Assembly: GCF_001194135.2 (NCBI RefSeq)
Contig: NC_068984.1
Location: 147,426,537-147,490,536, forward strand
DNA from: Octopus bimaculoides
Lineage: Eukaryota
Reading direction: 5' to 3'
Length of the DNA stretch: 64,000 bases
Shown piece by piece: positions 52,686-64,000 of this stretch. The position numbers and the translations under genes are program-made. Numbering within the stretch: the stretch's first letter is position 1; every line of letters begins with the position of its first letter. The notes under the pieces were generated by a model. That model saw only the letters and a list, made by a program, of their open reading frames with translations. It did not search any database and was not told the DNA's origin.

Positions 52686-53253
52686 ATTCTTTCATCATAT
52701 ATATATATATATGATGCTAGTGTGCTACAATATGTGTGTGTGTATGTATATATATATATATATATATATATAGTTCTATCTGCATCATTACTACTACCAC
52801 TACCACTACCCCTAACACCCACTTCGACAACAAACAAACACTAAATATCAAATCCCGCTGATAAAATAAACAAAGATTGGAGGAGATATGTTTAATTTAA
52901 AAACTCTTACAACACAACAACAACAATAACCACAACAGCACCATGACATCGCAGAAGGGCAGCCATTTTTTTTTTAATCACCGTCTCACGCACGCATGCT
53001 CCGACGTTTCTCTTCTCCCACATTTTTTAAACACCTGATTACTGAGATAAAAATTTTAATTTTAGCAAGATGTTATTTTTTTTTCTGACGGTATGGCTTC
53101 TAATGAGGGAATCTTGTAAAGTTTAAAAAAACACTAAAGTAAGCAGACACAAAAGATATCGGGTAGGCGGTGTAAAGATGAAAAAAAAAGCGGCAAGAAG
53201 TGTTATCAGAAGGTGGTGTATGTGCGTGTGCATGGTTGTATGTACGTGTATGC

Positions 53254-53288
<35 letters not shown>

Positions 53289-53464
53289 AGTGTGAGGATG
53301 GATGACTGCATGGATAGCGAGAAAGAAATGGCTGAATAGTAAGATACATAAATAAATAGATTTTTAAAAGCATAAGATTGATACTTTTTAATCTGCTCCG
53401 TTTGTCATCTTTATAGCCGTGTGTACATCCGCTGACACGCAGACACACACGACGACACAGGTAT

Positions 53465-54300
53465 ACAGGCGCAGGTGTGGCTGTGTGGTAAGAAGCTTGC
53501 TTCCCAACCACACGGTTCCAAGTTCAGTCCCACTGCGTGGCACAAGGCCCGAAATCTTTGGGAGGGGTCCAGTTGATTAGATCGACTCCAGTACGCAACT
53601 GGTACTTAATTTATCGACCCCGAAAGGATGAAAAGCAAAGTTGACCTCGGCAGGATTTGAACTCAGAACGTAAAGACAGACGAAATACCGCTAAGCATTT
53701 CGCCCGGCGTGCTAGCGTTTCTGCCAGCTCACACCTTTTGAGGTTGTATAATGAACGCGTTTGAGACACTGAAGAACTCTCCGATCAAGCGTTCATCAAC
53801 ATATTGAAGCAGGAAGAAGACAAACGAGCAGAGAGAGCTGCTGACTTGAGTAAAATTTGGTGTAAAGTGAATGAAAATAATTTTTTCTATTATAGGCACA
53901 AGGCCTGAAATTTTGTGGCGAAGAGGTTATCGATTACATCGACCCCACTGCTCACTGGTACTTGTTTTATCGATCCACAAGGACGAAAAGCAAGGTCGAC
54001 CTCAGTGACATTTGAACTAAAAAACGTAAAGCCGCTAAGCATTTCGTCCGAGACAGCAAGGACTCTGCCAGCTTGCCCCTTTAATAATTCTTTCTGCTAT
54101 GGACACAAAGATCTGAAATTTGGGGGGAAGGAAATAGTCGATTACATTGACTCCAGTGCTCTACTGGTACTTATTTCATCGACCCCGAAAGGATGACAGG
54201 CAAAGTTAGCTTCGGTGCATTCTGAACTCAGAATGTAGACACGAAATGCCGCCAAGCATTTTTCCCAGCGTGCTAACAATTCTGCTAAGCTCGCCGCCTT
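53465..54300. mobile_element. Family C head (+) truncated by three head-to-tail family A SINEs (-)
   Basis: The join occurs at the shared GGCAC of TGCGTGGCAC|AAGGCCCG. Confidence 0.85.
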
Positions 54301-54549
54301 TCGCCAACTTAATGGTCAGTAAAGATATTGATCCTGTTGGCAGGAAGATGTGGATTCCACCTTGGAAGAGTTTTTGCTCCTAAAGTATTTGAATGCATAT
54401 TTTCTTAATGTTTCGTGTCGTACTTGGTAGTTTATTTCAGCGCGTTTATTGCTCATGCAAACCTCCAAATAGACCGGTAAATCACTTTGTATAAAATGTA
54501 TATTTTTCTATGAGGTCACGTGGTTAATAAAGAAGCCATCGTTATTACA

Positions 54550-54602
<53 letters not shown>

Positions 54603-55315
54603 ATAATTTAGTCAATTGATTTGTTTGTAGGTTTGGAATGCTTTCATGTAGTGTTAATTCTTCCATTGATGACTAGAACAGATAGACAGACAGACAGACA
54701 AGTAGGCAGATAGGCAGGAAGGCAGGCAGATGTATAGACAGATGGACAGACAGACAAGCGGGCAGACTGGCAGGAAGGCAGGTAGACAGACAGACAGGTA
54801 GGCAGGCAGGCAGGTAAGCAAGTGGGCAGATGGACAGGAATGGAAAGAAAGAAAGAAGAAGGGTGGGTGAAGAGTGCGTGCATAACGTCTGTTGAAAATG
54901 TCAACAATTTACATCTGATAAAATGTTTATATCTACGCATGCACACACGTATACACACATGTTAACAGACACACAAACACACACACGTATGTATGTCTGT
55001 GTGAATTATCTACACGCGCGGGTGTAGCTATGTGGTAAGGAGTTTGCTTCCCAATCACATAGTTCCAGGTTCAATCCCACTGCGTGGCACCTTGCGCAAT
55101 TATAGCCTCGGTTGCTCCAGTCCACTCAGCTGGCAAAAATGAGCTGTATCTGAATCTCCCTTAGAACTACGTTAAGGGCGCACATGCCTGTGGAGGACTC
55201 AGCCAGTTGCACATTAATTTCGCAAGCCAGCTTTTCATCGAATCATCTGGAACAGTCATCACCGTAACCGACGGAAAGCCAGATGTTTGTTTGTGTGTGT
55301 GTATGTGTGTGTTGT

Positions 55316-55680
55316 GGAGGCGCAATGGCCCTGTGGTTAGGGCAGCGGACTCGCGGTTTCGATTCCCAGACCGGGCGTTGTGAGTGTTTATTGAGCGAAA
55401 ACACCTAAAGCTCCACGAGGCTCCGGCAGGGGATGGTGGCGAACCCTGCTGTACTCTTTCACCACAACTTTCTCTCACTCTTACTTCCTGTTTCTGGTGT
55501 GCCTGTAATTCAAAGGGTCAGCCTTGTCACACTGTGTCACGCTGAATATCCCCAAGAACTACGTTAAGGGTACACGTGTCTGTGGAGTGCTCAGCCACTT
55601 GCACATTCATTTCACGAGCAGGCTGTTCCGTTGATCGGATCAACTGGAACCCTCGACGTCGTAAGTGACGGAGTGCCAAC
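55316..55680 (+). mobile_element. Near-full-length tRNA-derived SINE family B
   Basis: GGAGGCGCAATGGCCCTGTGGTTAGG...GGTTTCGATTCCC; near-identical to 15821-16190, with a diverged chimeric relative at 55015-55280. Confidence 0.9.
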
Positions 55681-56959
55681 TCACATACATGTGTGTGTAT
55701 TTCTGTATGTATGTATGTATGCATGTATGTACGTGTGCACGTATATTGTTCTGTAATCGCCGCCACCGCACTCATGGCCGTAGTAGTTCCCTTCTCTTAT
55801 TGGTGCTTTTAAAGCAACATGCCCCTGGAATGTTCAAGGTCGGCACACGACTGCAATATCAGACGGTTTGGGAAGAAGTGAACGATCGGTGATAACATGC
55901 CGACAACATTCGGCTTTCAGATATCCGCTTCAGCATCCAAGTAGTGGGGGGGGAGGGGAAAGGCAGATGCTTGTTTCGAGAAGTTTAGGCACACGTGATC
56001 GTGATAAGCGGGGCGCGTGTTCGCCAGCACGTCCCCTTAGGCGTGTGGATGACGACGTGCGCGTACCTGCGTACTATGACTATGCAGATGTATGTAATAC
56101 ACAAATGTGTCTGCGTATGTAGGAGTGTACGTGTAATTGTGGCTTTTATTATAGTTTTAGACACCACCACCACCACCATCACTATCTTCTCGGCGCAAAG
56201 TGAGATAGATGCACTTTTGGGTAAAAATATCAGCAACAATGGGGGGAGGGAATCTATGGATTCATGTATGAATGTCAAGGGAAATCTGATAAGATCTTTA
56301 CATACCCTAATTCTAATCTATATTGTCAGATTAGTCATTTCGTTTCCTTCCACTATTATTTCAGTTAACAGGACAACGATTACCCTAGTGCTTTATGGGG
56401 AGTTTTGCAGCTCTGTTCTTCCTCTACAACTTTCGTTTATCGTTTTTGAAATTTCAATAAATTTTACCTTTTTCAGACATGTGAAGATGGAGTGCCAAAT
56501 AGAAAAAAAAAATTCACATTTTCTACACCCGTTTGTTTTCTCTTTCAGTCAACGTTGCAAAGACACCAAAACCGCTCGAAACATTTGCGCTGTGTAAAGA
56601 GGTGTGGTTTCCACGCATCACGGAGGGGAAATTCCACCTCACAGTCTCTCCACATTTCCGCCGACCAATTCAGTTCAATGAAGAATAATTGAACGAGCTC
56701 ATCCACGAGGTCTGCGTTAATCCTCCGAGGAATTTGCCCAGCAGATTAGATGCTCTCGTGATACCCGTCACCCGTCACCTTCACTTGAAAGGTAAAGTCC
56801 AAAGTTCTTCAGCTGCTTCTTTAACACGAGTCGTTAATTTTACCAAAAAGTTCTATTCCACCGTATTCTCTTCTATAACGTTTTCAAATTACTATGTTTA
56901 TCGGTCACTCTCTCCAACAGTCTGCAAATATGTATATATGCATCAAATGATATATATAT

Positions 56960-57129
56960 ATATGATTTGCCATGATAGATCGCTAGCCACTACACATTCT
57001 TTATTTTCTCTCCTTGTTTCTTTCTGTATTCCTTTCTGAGGAAGAGCGTACGCTCGAAACGTTAAAAACTTTTTCAATTCCTGAGCGTTAAACTAATACA
57101 TCTTCGTCTTTTTTTGTGAATTCTTTCCC

Positions 57130-57130
<1 letters not shown>
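56960..57130 (+). mobile_element. Penelope-like terminal repeat fragment carrying a minimal hammerhead motif (57033-57066)
   Basis: TTT-CTGAGGA-A-GAGC GTAC GCTC-GAAA-CGTT-AAA; ends in (TA)n. Confidence 0.65.
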
Positions 57131-57160
<30 letters not shown>

Positions 57161-57577
57161 CGTATATAGATATATACATGTTTGTTTGTGTGTGTGTATG
57201 TATGTATGTATGTATGTATNNNNNNNNNNNNNNNNNNNNNNNNNNNNNNNNNNNNNNNNNNNNNNNNNNNNNNNNNNNNNNNNNNNNNNNNNNNNNNNNN
57301 NNNNNNNNNNNNNNNNNNNNNNNNNNNNNNNNNNNNNNNNNNNNNNNNNNNNNNNNNNNNNNNNNNNNNNNNNNNNNNNNNNNNNNNNNNNNNNNNNNNN
57401 NNNNNNNNNNNNNNNNNNNNNNNNNNNNNNNNNNNNNNNNNNNNNNNNNNNNNNNNNNNNNNNNNNNNNNNNNNNNNNNNNNNNNNNNNNNNNNNNNNNN
57501 NNNNNNNNNNNNNNNNNNNNNNNNNNNNNNNNNNNNNNNNNNNNNNNNNNNNNNNNNNNNNNNNNNNNNNNNNNNNN

Positions 57578-57767
57578 GCCAACATAATGTTGCAGTCCTG
57601 ATTAGGACAAATATTACTGTTATTTAGACCCAGGAAACATCGTCTCCAGCTGGCTATAGACGCACTATCTGCGTCCTTATATTTTCGAACAAGGGGGTTT
57701 ACTGTCCCCACTCAGCTTTGGTACACAGTAATATTCGTCCCAGTCAGGACTGCCACATTATATTGGC
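57578..57767. mobile_element. MITE-like element with ~42-bp imperfect TIRs
   Basis: GCCAACATAATGTTGCAGTCCTGATTAGGACAAATATTACTG versus CAGTAATATTCGTCCCAGTCAGGACTGCCACATTATATTGGC (5 mismatches); the left end abuts a gap. Confidence 0.75.
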
Positions 57768-57821
57768 AGATAATCTTTACTCACTGTTACTGAAAGTTTC
57801 TCGTTCAGAGATTTAGAAAAA

Positions 57822-57858
<37 letters not shown>

Positions 57859-58427
57859 CGTATATAGATATATACATGTTTGTTTGTGTGTGTGTATGTA
57901 TGTATGTATGTATGTATGTATATGCGTATATGTATTCTATTTTCGGTATAATGGAAATAATACTAGCACCTTTGTTTGTGTTGTATTTGTTTTTTCTTTT
58001 GTTTTCTTTTTCGTTTGTGTTTGTTGTTATATCGCATCGAGTGAGCAGGATTTCGGTGGTGAATAAATAAAATGCAACGAAAACATTTTGCGCCATTGGA
58101 GGAGAAAACTTCGGCAAAGACTTCACAACAAGATAAGGCAAACGCCAGCTGGAACACTTCTCCGTTGGCGCCATATCTTCGCAGACGCATTTAAAAGTGT
58201 GAAACAAGTCAGTCACATTGGCAGAACCACGAAATAGAAAATATAATTCTGTATAGTCTATAGGTGCAAGCAAGGTTGTGTGGTTAAGAAGCTCGCTTTG
58301 CAACAAAGTCGTTTCGAGTTCAGTCCCACTATGCGGCTCTTTGGGAAGATATCTTCTACGATAGCCCCGAATCGACCAATCCCTTATGAAAGAATTTAGT
58401 AGACGGAAACTTTGCAGAACTTATATA

Positions 58428-58496
<69 letters not shown>

Positions 58497-59289
58497 NNNN
58501 NNNNNNNNNNNNNNNNNNNNNNNNNNNNNNNNNNNNNNNNNNNNNNNNNNNNNNNNNNNNNNNNNNNNNNNNNNNNNNNNNNNNNNNNNNNNNNNNNNNN
58601 NNNNNNNNNNNNNNNNNNNNNNNNNNNNNNNNNNNNNNNNNNNNNNNNNNNNNNNNNNNNNNNNNNNNNNNNNNNNNNNNNNNNNNNNNNNNNNNNNNNN
58701 NNNNNNNNNNNNNNNNNNNNNNNNNNNNNNNNNNNNNNNNNNNNNNNNNNNNNNNNNNNNNNNNNNNNNNNNNNNNNNNNNNNNNNNNNNNNNNNNNNNN
58801 NNNNNNNNNNNNNNNNNNNNNNNNNNNNNNNNNNNNNNNNNNNNNNNNNNNNNNNNNNNNNNNNNNNNNNNNNNNNNNNNNNNNNNNNNNNNNNNNNNNN
58901 NNNNNNNNNNNNNNNNNNNNNNNNNNNNNNNNNNNNNNNNNNNNNNNNNNNNNNNNNNNNNNNNNNNNNNNNNNNNNNNNNNNNNNNNNNNNNNNNNNNN
59001 NNNNNNNNNNNNNNNNNNNNNNNNNNNNNNNNNNNNNNNNNNNNNNNNNNNNNNNNNNNNNNNNNNNNNNNNNNNNNNNNNNNNNNNNNNNNNNNNNNNN
59101 NNNNNNNNATGTCACATACTTAATGTATTTGTGTTGTTAAGCGCTTTTTACTTGTGGTATTTCGTCCAGAGAAAGTCCCTTTAAGGTATAGTTTCTTAAA
59201 AAGAAAAACATTGTATACCTCAAAACCAGATGAAAGAAATCGCTCTGTAAGTAATCGAAAACGGAAGACATCTATATTTCGCTGTTATT

Positions 59290-59960
59290 TCAGCTCATCG
59301 ATGCAATGGTCTCCAAGGAAAACCAAATGTATTTCCATAAAATTTTGTGCACATGTTCAGCTTCAATGACTGCTTCAATTGTTGTCATGGCCTGTACGAA
59401 ATGGTCCTTATTTATTTCGGACATCGAACGGGTACTGGGAGCCCTCGGTAAACTTATGATATTTTGTGACGATGTCGATTCGTCTGTCTTTCAACAAAGC
59501 TTCAAACGTTCAAAAATTCAGGAGATTTAAATCTGGTGGATTTTACATTGATTGAGGTTATGTGGCTTTTGTGAGAATGTAATCAGTCTAACTGAAACGT
59601 GCTTAACCTTCCACTGGATGCTTCATTCCTTCACGGCTTATCAACTGTCTCCTGATCTGCATTTAATCATCTGTCATTTCCCCCGTTAGACTTTCGGTCT
59701 TGGTCGAAGTTTTTCTTATCAGGCAAAAATGAAAACATGAACCACCTGGCACGCATTAACCAGTTTTCTTGTGTCTTTGTAGATATGAATTGACCTGTCT
59801 TCAGTACATAAGATTTATATCGAATGTTTTCGTACACCGCTGTTCTGATAGTCCACTAAGACCTGAAGTTTCTTGGCGATGGCTCTCATTGATTTTCTAG
59901 GAACATCATTGGTGACCCGTTGGATAAAGTGCGGTGTCCTTTATAGTCTGCGAACACTTA
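59290..59960 (-). mobile_element. Tc1/mariner-superfamily transposase relic
   Basis: RTPHFIQRV..PRKSMRAIAKKLQV, VERQTNRHRH and IEAVIEAE. Confidence 0.65.
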
Positions 59961-59999
59961 GCCTCTGTTTCTTGGAGAAAGAAATATTCTATCATAGTA

Positions 60000-60300
60000 A
60001 CAACAGAAAAGACATCAGGAGACAGACTGTCTTTGATCTGCAAGTTAGAGCGTCTGTCAGTGATTCAATGCCAATTAGTCGAGTGACCTTTCTCGGGACA
60101 GTGTCCAAGATGTCGGTATAGCAGCAGCACTGTCCAAATCGTGGAAGCAATGCACAGGTATAGGCTTCATTTGAGCTTTGGACAATTTCATCAACCATTG
60201 GGAAAATATTTTCTGACCATGAGAAGGCCTAATCCTGAGATACAATTATAACATAGACTCAATTTGGTGAGAGAAGCTTTAACTTTTCTCTACTGCCTTC
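60000..60300 (-). mobile_element. CR1/Jockey-group LINE 3' fragment
   Basis: ILDTVPRKVTRLIGIESLT resembles LDxIQRRATRLI. Confidence 0.45.
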
Positions 60301-60659
60301 GACATCTGGATTCTTACATTCGTAAATCATCATCATCATCAGCAGCAGCATCATGCCCTGAACATTATTGCCTCCAGTCTTCGGACTCATAGAACCGGTT
60401 CCATTGCTTCCACGACGTAAAAGTAACCGAGACCACAACATTCTTCCGGTGTGAACTCGTGTGTTGGGACATATTTTGTTGTATCACGTGAGAGACATTC
60501 TGTCAATCATGGCAGACATGATGCAGAGTTGGAGTAGAGAGAGGGTGGGGCAGGTCATTGATGATGTCATGAATGGTGACGGAAGGACTTTGACAAACTA
60601 ATTGATTGATTGGCTGAACTATGAATAAAGCAATTGACTGATGAAACAACCTTGGCCTT

Positions 60660-61349
60660 CTTTGGAGAATGTGAGGGAGGGGGTATTTCCGCTATATGGA
60701 TTGTCTCTTCGTCCCTGGGTCAAAGTGATGAACCCAACACTTACCCTGGCTTTAAAAGATGTTCAAGGAAACCTGCTGAACCTGCCTCAGACAATGTCAG
60801 ATTTCTCCGTGATGTGATCGACCTAATGTACTTTCGATAAGGTGTCAGAAGACGTGAAACCCTCAGAACAGTTCATTGGGCAGAATATTCTCAAATCTCT
60901 CACGGGGACATGCTAATAGTATTGTCTATTTGGTTTATAGTCAATTGCCTGTCATCCGCCACCGTGTGGAGAAAACAATGTTTTCCTCGGCAATGGCACT
61001 TACAGGACGTCCAGACCTTGGGTTGTCTTCAAGAATCTCCCTGCCCCACCTAAATTCAACTGATCACTTTTGCGATGTTGATAAAGCTGCAGCATCATTC
61101 ACTAATGTAACACGCATATCAGCATGAATGCTCTTGGAGCTTTTTCTACAGATACATGATAACACCGCGGTGCCAAATTTTGCCCATCTTCAATACTTGA
61201 AGTCATCTTTGAACGGTCAGATGTCAGTATACCTGGGGAAAAAAAACAATGCTGTTATTAATAAGAACGGTTGAAGTTCATGTATGCAAGATTTCACAGC
61301 TCTGACATCACTCTTTCATAATGTGACTATGAACTTTTCAGGCCACCCT
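60660..61349 (-). mobile_element. mariner 5' part with TIR, same family as 37120-37682
   Basis: TACGAGGGTGGCCTGAAAAGTTCATAG TIR; EFRWGRE.LEDNPRSGRPV and WVHHFDP.TKRQS. Confidence 0.85.
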
Positions 61350-61394
61350 CGTACAGGTGTTATATATATATATATATATATATATAGGAGGTGC

Positions 61395-61760
61395 TATAGG
61401 CGCAACCACATGGTTCCGGGTTCAGTCCCACTGCATGGCACCTTGGGCAAGTGTCTTCTACTATAGCCTGGGGCCGACCAAAGCTTTGTGAATGAATTTG
61501 GTAGACGGAAACTGAAATAAGCCCGTCGTATATATGTGCGTGTGTGTCTTTACGTCTGTGTGTGTTACCCCACCACCGCTGGAAATCGGTGTTTGTGTGT
61601 TCACGTCCCCGTAACATAACGGTTCAGTTAAGAAACCGATATAATAAGTATCAGGCTTTAATAAATATACTGGAGTCGATTTGTTCGAGTAATATTCTTC
61701 GAGGCGGAGCTCCAGTAGGGCCACAGTCTAATGACTGAAACAAGCAAAAGATAAAAGATA
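61395..61760 (+). mobile_element. Bipartite SINE family C, compact copy
   Basis: Head GGTTCCGGGTTCAGTCCC..CACCTTGGGCAAGTG, a short (TA)(GT) spacer, then the tail. Confidence 0.85.
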
Positions 61761-61989
61761 TATATATATATGTATGTATGTATGTATATATATGTGTGTA
61801 TGCATGCATGCATACATACATACATACATACATACATACATACATACATACATACAAAAATACCCTGTTTGTGTTGTTTAAATTCCAATGAAGTAGCCTT
61901 GTATTTAGGTTAGAAACTGGCTCTTTCTCTATTGGCAAGAAATCTTGAAATAACACTGTACAAAGATTACACACACACACACACACACA

Positions 61990-62640
61990 CACACATGCAT
62001 TCAAAGACGCAGGAAAAGCAGCAAAATGTGACAACCGATGCAGATTTTGGGGAGTTAACACCAAAGACATCGCCTACATCATAAGAAGCTGTCCGAAAAT
62101 GTCATCACAGTGTTATCTACCGATGTTGTAGCTAGGACACTGTATAATGAGATTCGTCGGAAGAATAACTTCGAAGCCAAAGAAATAAGAACCCACATAA
62201 CTTGTAATAACGAGTACGGATGGAACGCGCTCGCGAAAACATCAATAAAAGATAAACAAAATAGACCTGACATAAAGATTTTGGATGGAGACAATGAACA
62301 GTGTTCAGTCGTGGAAATCAGCGGATGTTAATAAAGATAAAGATCAGCGGGAAAAAAATACCTACGCCAAGCTATGGAGAAATCTATAGTTACTCTAACC
62401 AGATTACAAGTTCAGGTTTATACCTGTAATTATTGGTGCACTGAGGTATATAACAAACCGCCTAAATACCAATCTTGAGAAATTAGGCTTCTCAAAACCA
62501 GAAAGGGAAAAGCTGATTCGAAGACTACCGATCCAAGCCATCACCGGAAGTGTAAGTATTTGTAAAACTTTCCAGAAGTTCATCATTTAAGTATATCTAA
62601 GCATGTCTCGATATGCATGAAAGTACATACATAAAACAAA
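61990..62640 (+). mobile_element. R4/Dong-like LINE 3' end (zinc-finger remnant, restriction-like endonuclease, 3' UTR)
   Basis: DVVARTLYNEI, NRPDIKI..CSVVEIS and FIPVIIGAL..VSICKTFQKF*, followed by a (TACA)n tail. Confidence 0.88.
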
Positions 62641-62843
62641 AGATACAAATCTACATACATACATACATACATACACACACACGCACACATAGACACACAC
62701 ACACACACACACACATACATACACTGTTGATGTAGTTGAAATTCCAATGAAGGAGCCTTGAATCTAGGTTAGAAACCGGCTCTTTCTCTATTAACAAGAA
62801 ATCTTGAAATAAAACTAAGTAACGACATAAATGTAAAATACAC

Positions 62844-62883
<40 letters not shown>

Positions 62884-63618
62884 CACACGCACACACACAC
62901 ATTTACAAATGTATACACAGGTAACCACGAGTTTAAAATGGTGTATTGCAGACAAATGTATGTATGTATGTGTATTATGTGTGTGTATCTATGTGTCTGT
63001 GTGTGAGTGTTTCTCCCCTCTCTCTTTAAAGTTACGTATTCTTCACGCCCACCTTTCTCTTTCTCTTCCTCGGCGTTTTAAAAGTCACTTATTTGTGTGC
63101 GCGCGCGCATGTGCATGTATGTATCCATGTATTCACGAAAGTATGTATGCAATGTCACGCGTATATGACAGCTGTATTAACTTTACATCCCATTGCCATT
63201 CCATGTTTGTCGCTTACACAACACTGTTTTTCCCTGCCCTGATATCAGTCACACTCACTTCTGCTACTACATTTCCCTCAGTTCAATACTCTTTGCACCC
63301 TTCTCATTTTATCATATAATTCGCCCAACCCCGCCTAAGGGGCCCATTATCGATTTTTGTTGAAATCCAATTAGCTTATTATTGAACTGGATATTAGCTT
63401 AACATGTATGCAAAAGTTTCATGAAGATTGGTTCGCTGGTTTAGGCAGTAAGATGGTAACAGATATAAAGAGATGGAGCAGTGAAAAATAAGATTTTCAG
63501 ATAAAGAAAGAAAGTCAAAACAATAAAATAAAAGCAAACAAAAAAGTAACAGAGAAAAAAACAAAAGAAAGGAAACTAAAATATGGAAGAAATATTTGAG
63601 AATAGCAAAACATTCTGG

Positions 63619-63651
<33 letters not shown>

Positions 63652-64000
63652 GCACATACGAAGAGCATTCACACGCATGTGGGTGTGTTTATGCACACAT
63701 ACATACATACAGACAGACAGGCAGACAGACATAGACACATATGAGAAAGAAAGGAGAGATTTTAGACGTTTCAAAATTTGATATGAACGCGGGTTGGGAA
63801 GCGAAGCGAACGGGTGATGGCGTGTGACTGAACGATGACGAATGGTTGGTGAAGAAGAGGAGGAGGAGGAGGTAGGCTTTTTCTGGTTTTATTGCTGAAA
63901 AAACATACACTTGAATGCTGACACCTATTTTATGCATTTATTTGCAGGTGCATGCGTTTATCTAAGAATGCTCCATGTTTGCTAACATTATAATGAATAT

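Noticed and set aside
55316-55370. tRNA genes at SINE heads
   Set aside because: A and B boxes are present, but there is no cloverleaf and each continues into a SINE body.

Overview
This is eukaryotic, AT-rich, microsatellite-saturated draft genomic DNA with many N gaps. The SINE and LINE repertoire looks like an octopus or other coleoid cephalopod, which I infer from recalled repeat families. I found no prokaryotic features (no CRISPR, operons or rRNA), and most supplied ORFs are microsatellite, gap or antisense artefacts. The window is mostly decayed mobile DNA: several tRNA-derived SINE families, CR1-, Tx1/L1-, RTE- and R4/Dong-type LINE relics, Tc1/mariner relics, two MITEs and Penelope-like fragments. 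One host coding segment is well supported: a minus-strand terminal exon (14057-13732) encoding a transmembrane helix and a cytoplasmic tail that ends in a class I PDZ-type motif, with a candidate upstream exon and promoter near 23.4-23.65 kb. The most interesting non-obvious signals are hammerhead-ribozyme-like motifs in (TA)n-embedded Penelope-like fragments, a 189-bp near-perfect palindrome, permuted or inverted LINE fragments, and a TG..CA MITE with a 4-bp target-site duplication. All protein and family calls are by eye, and boundaries of decayed elements are approximate.
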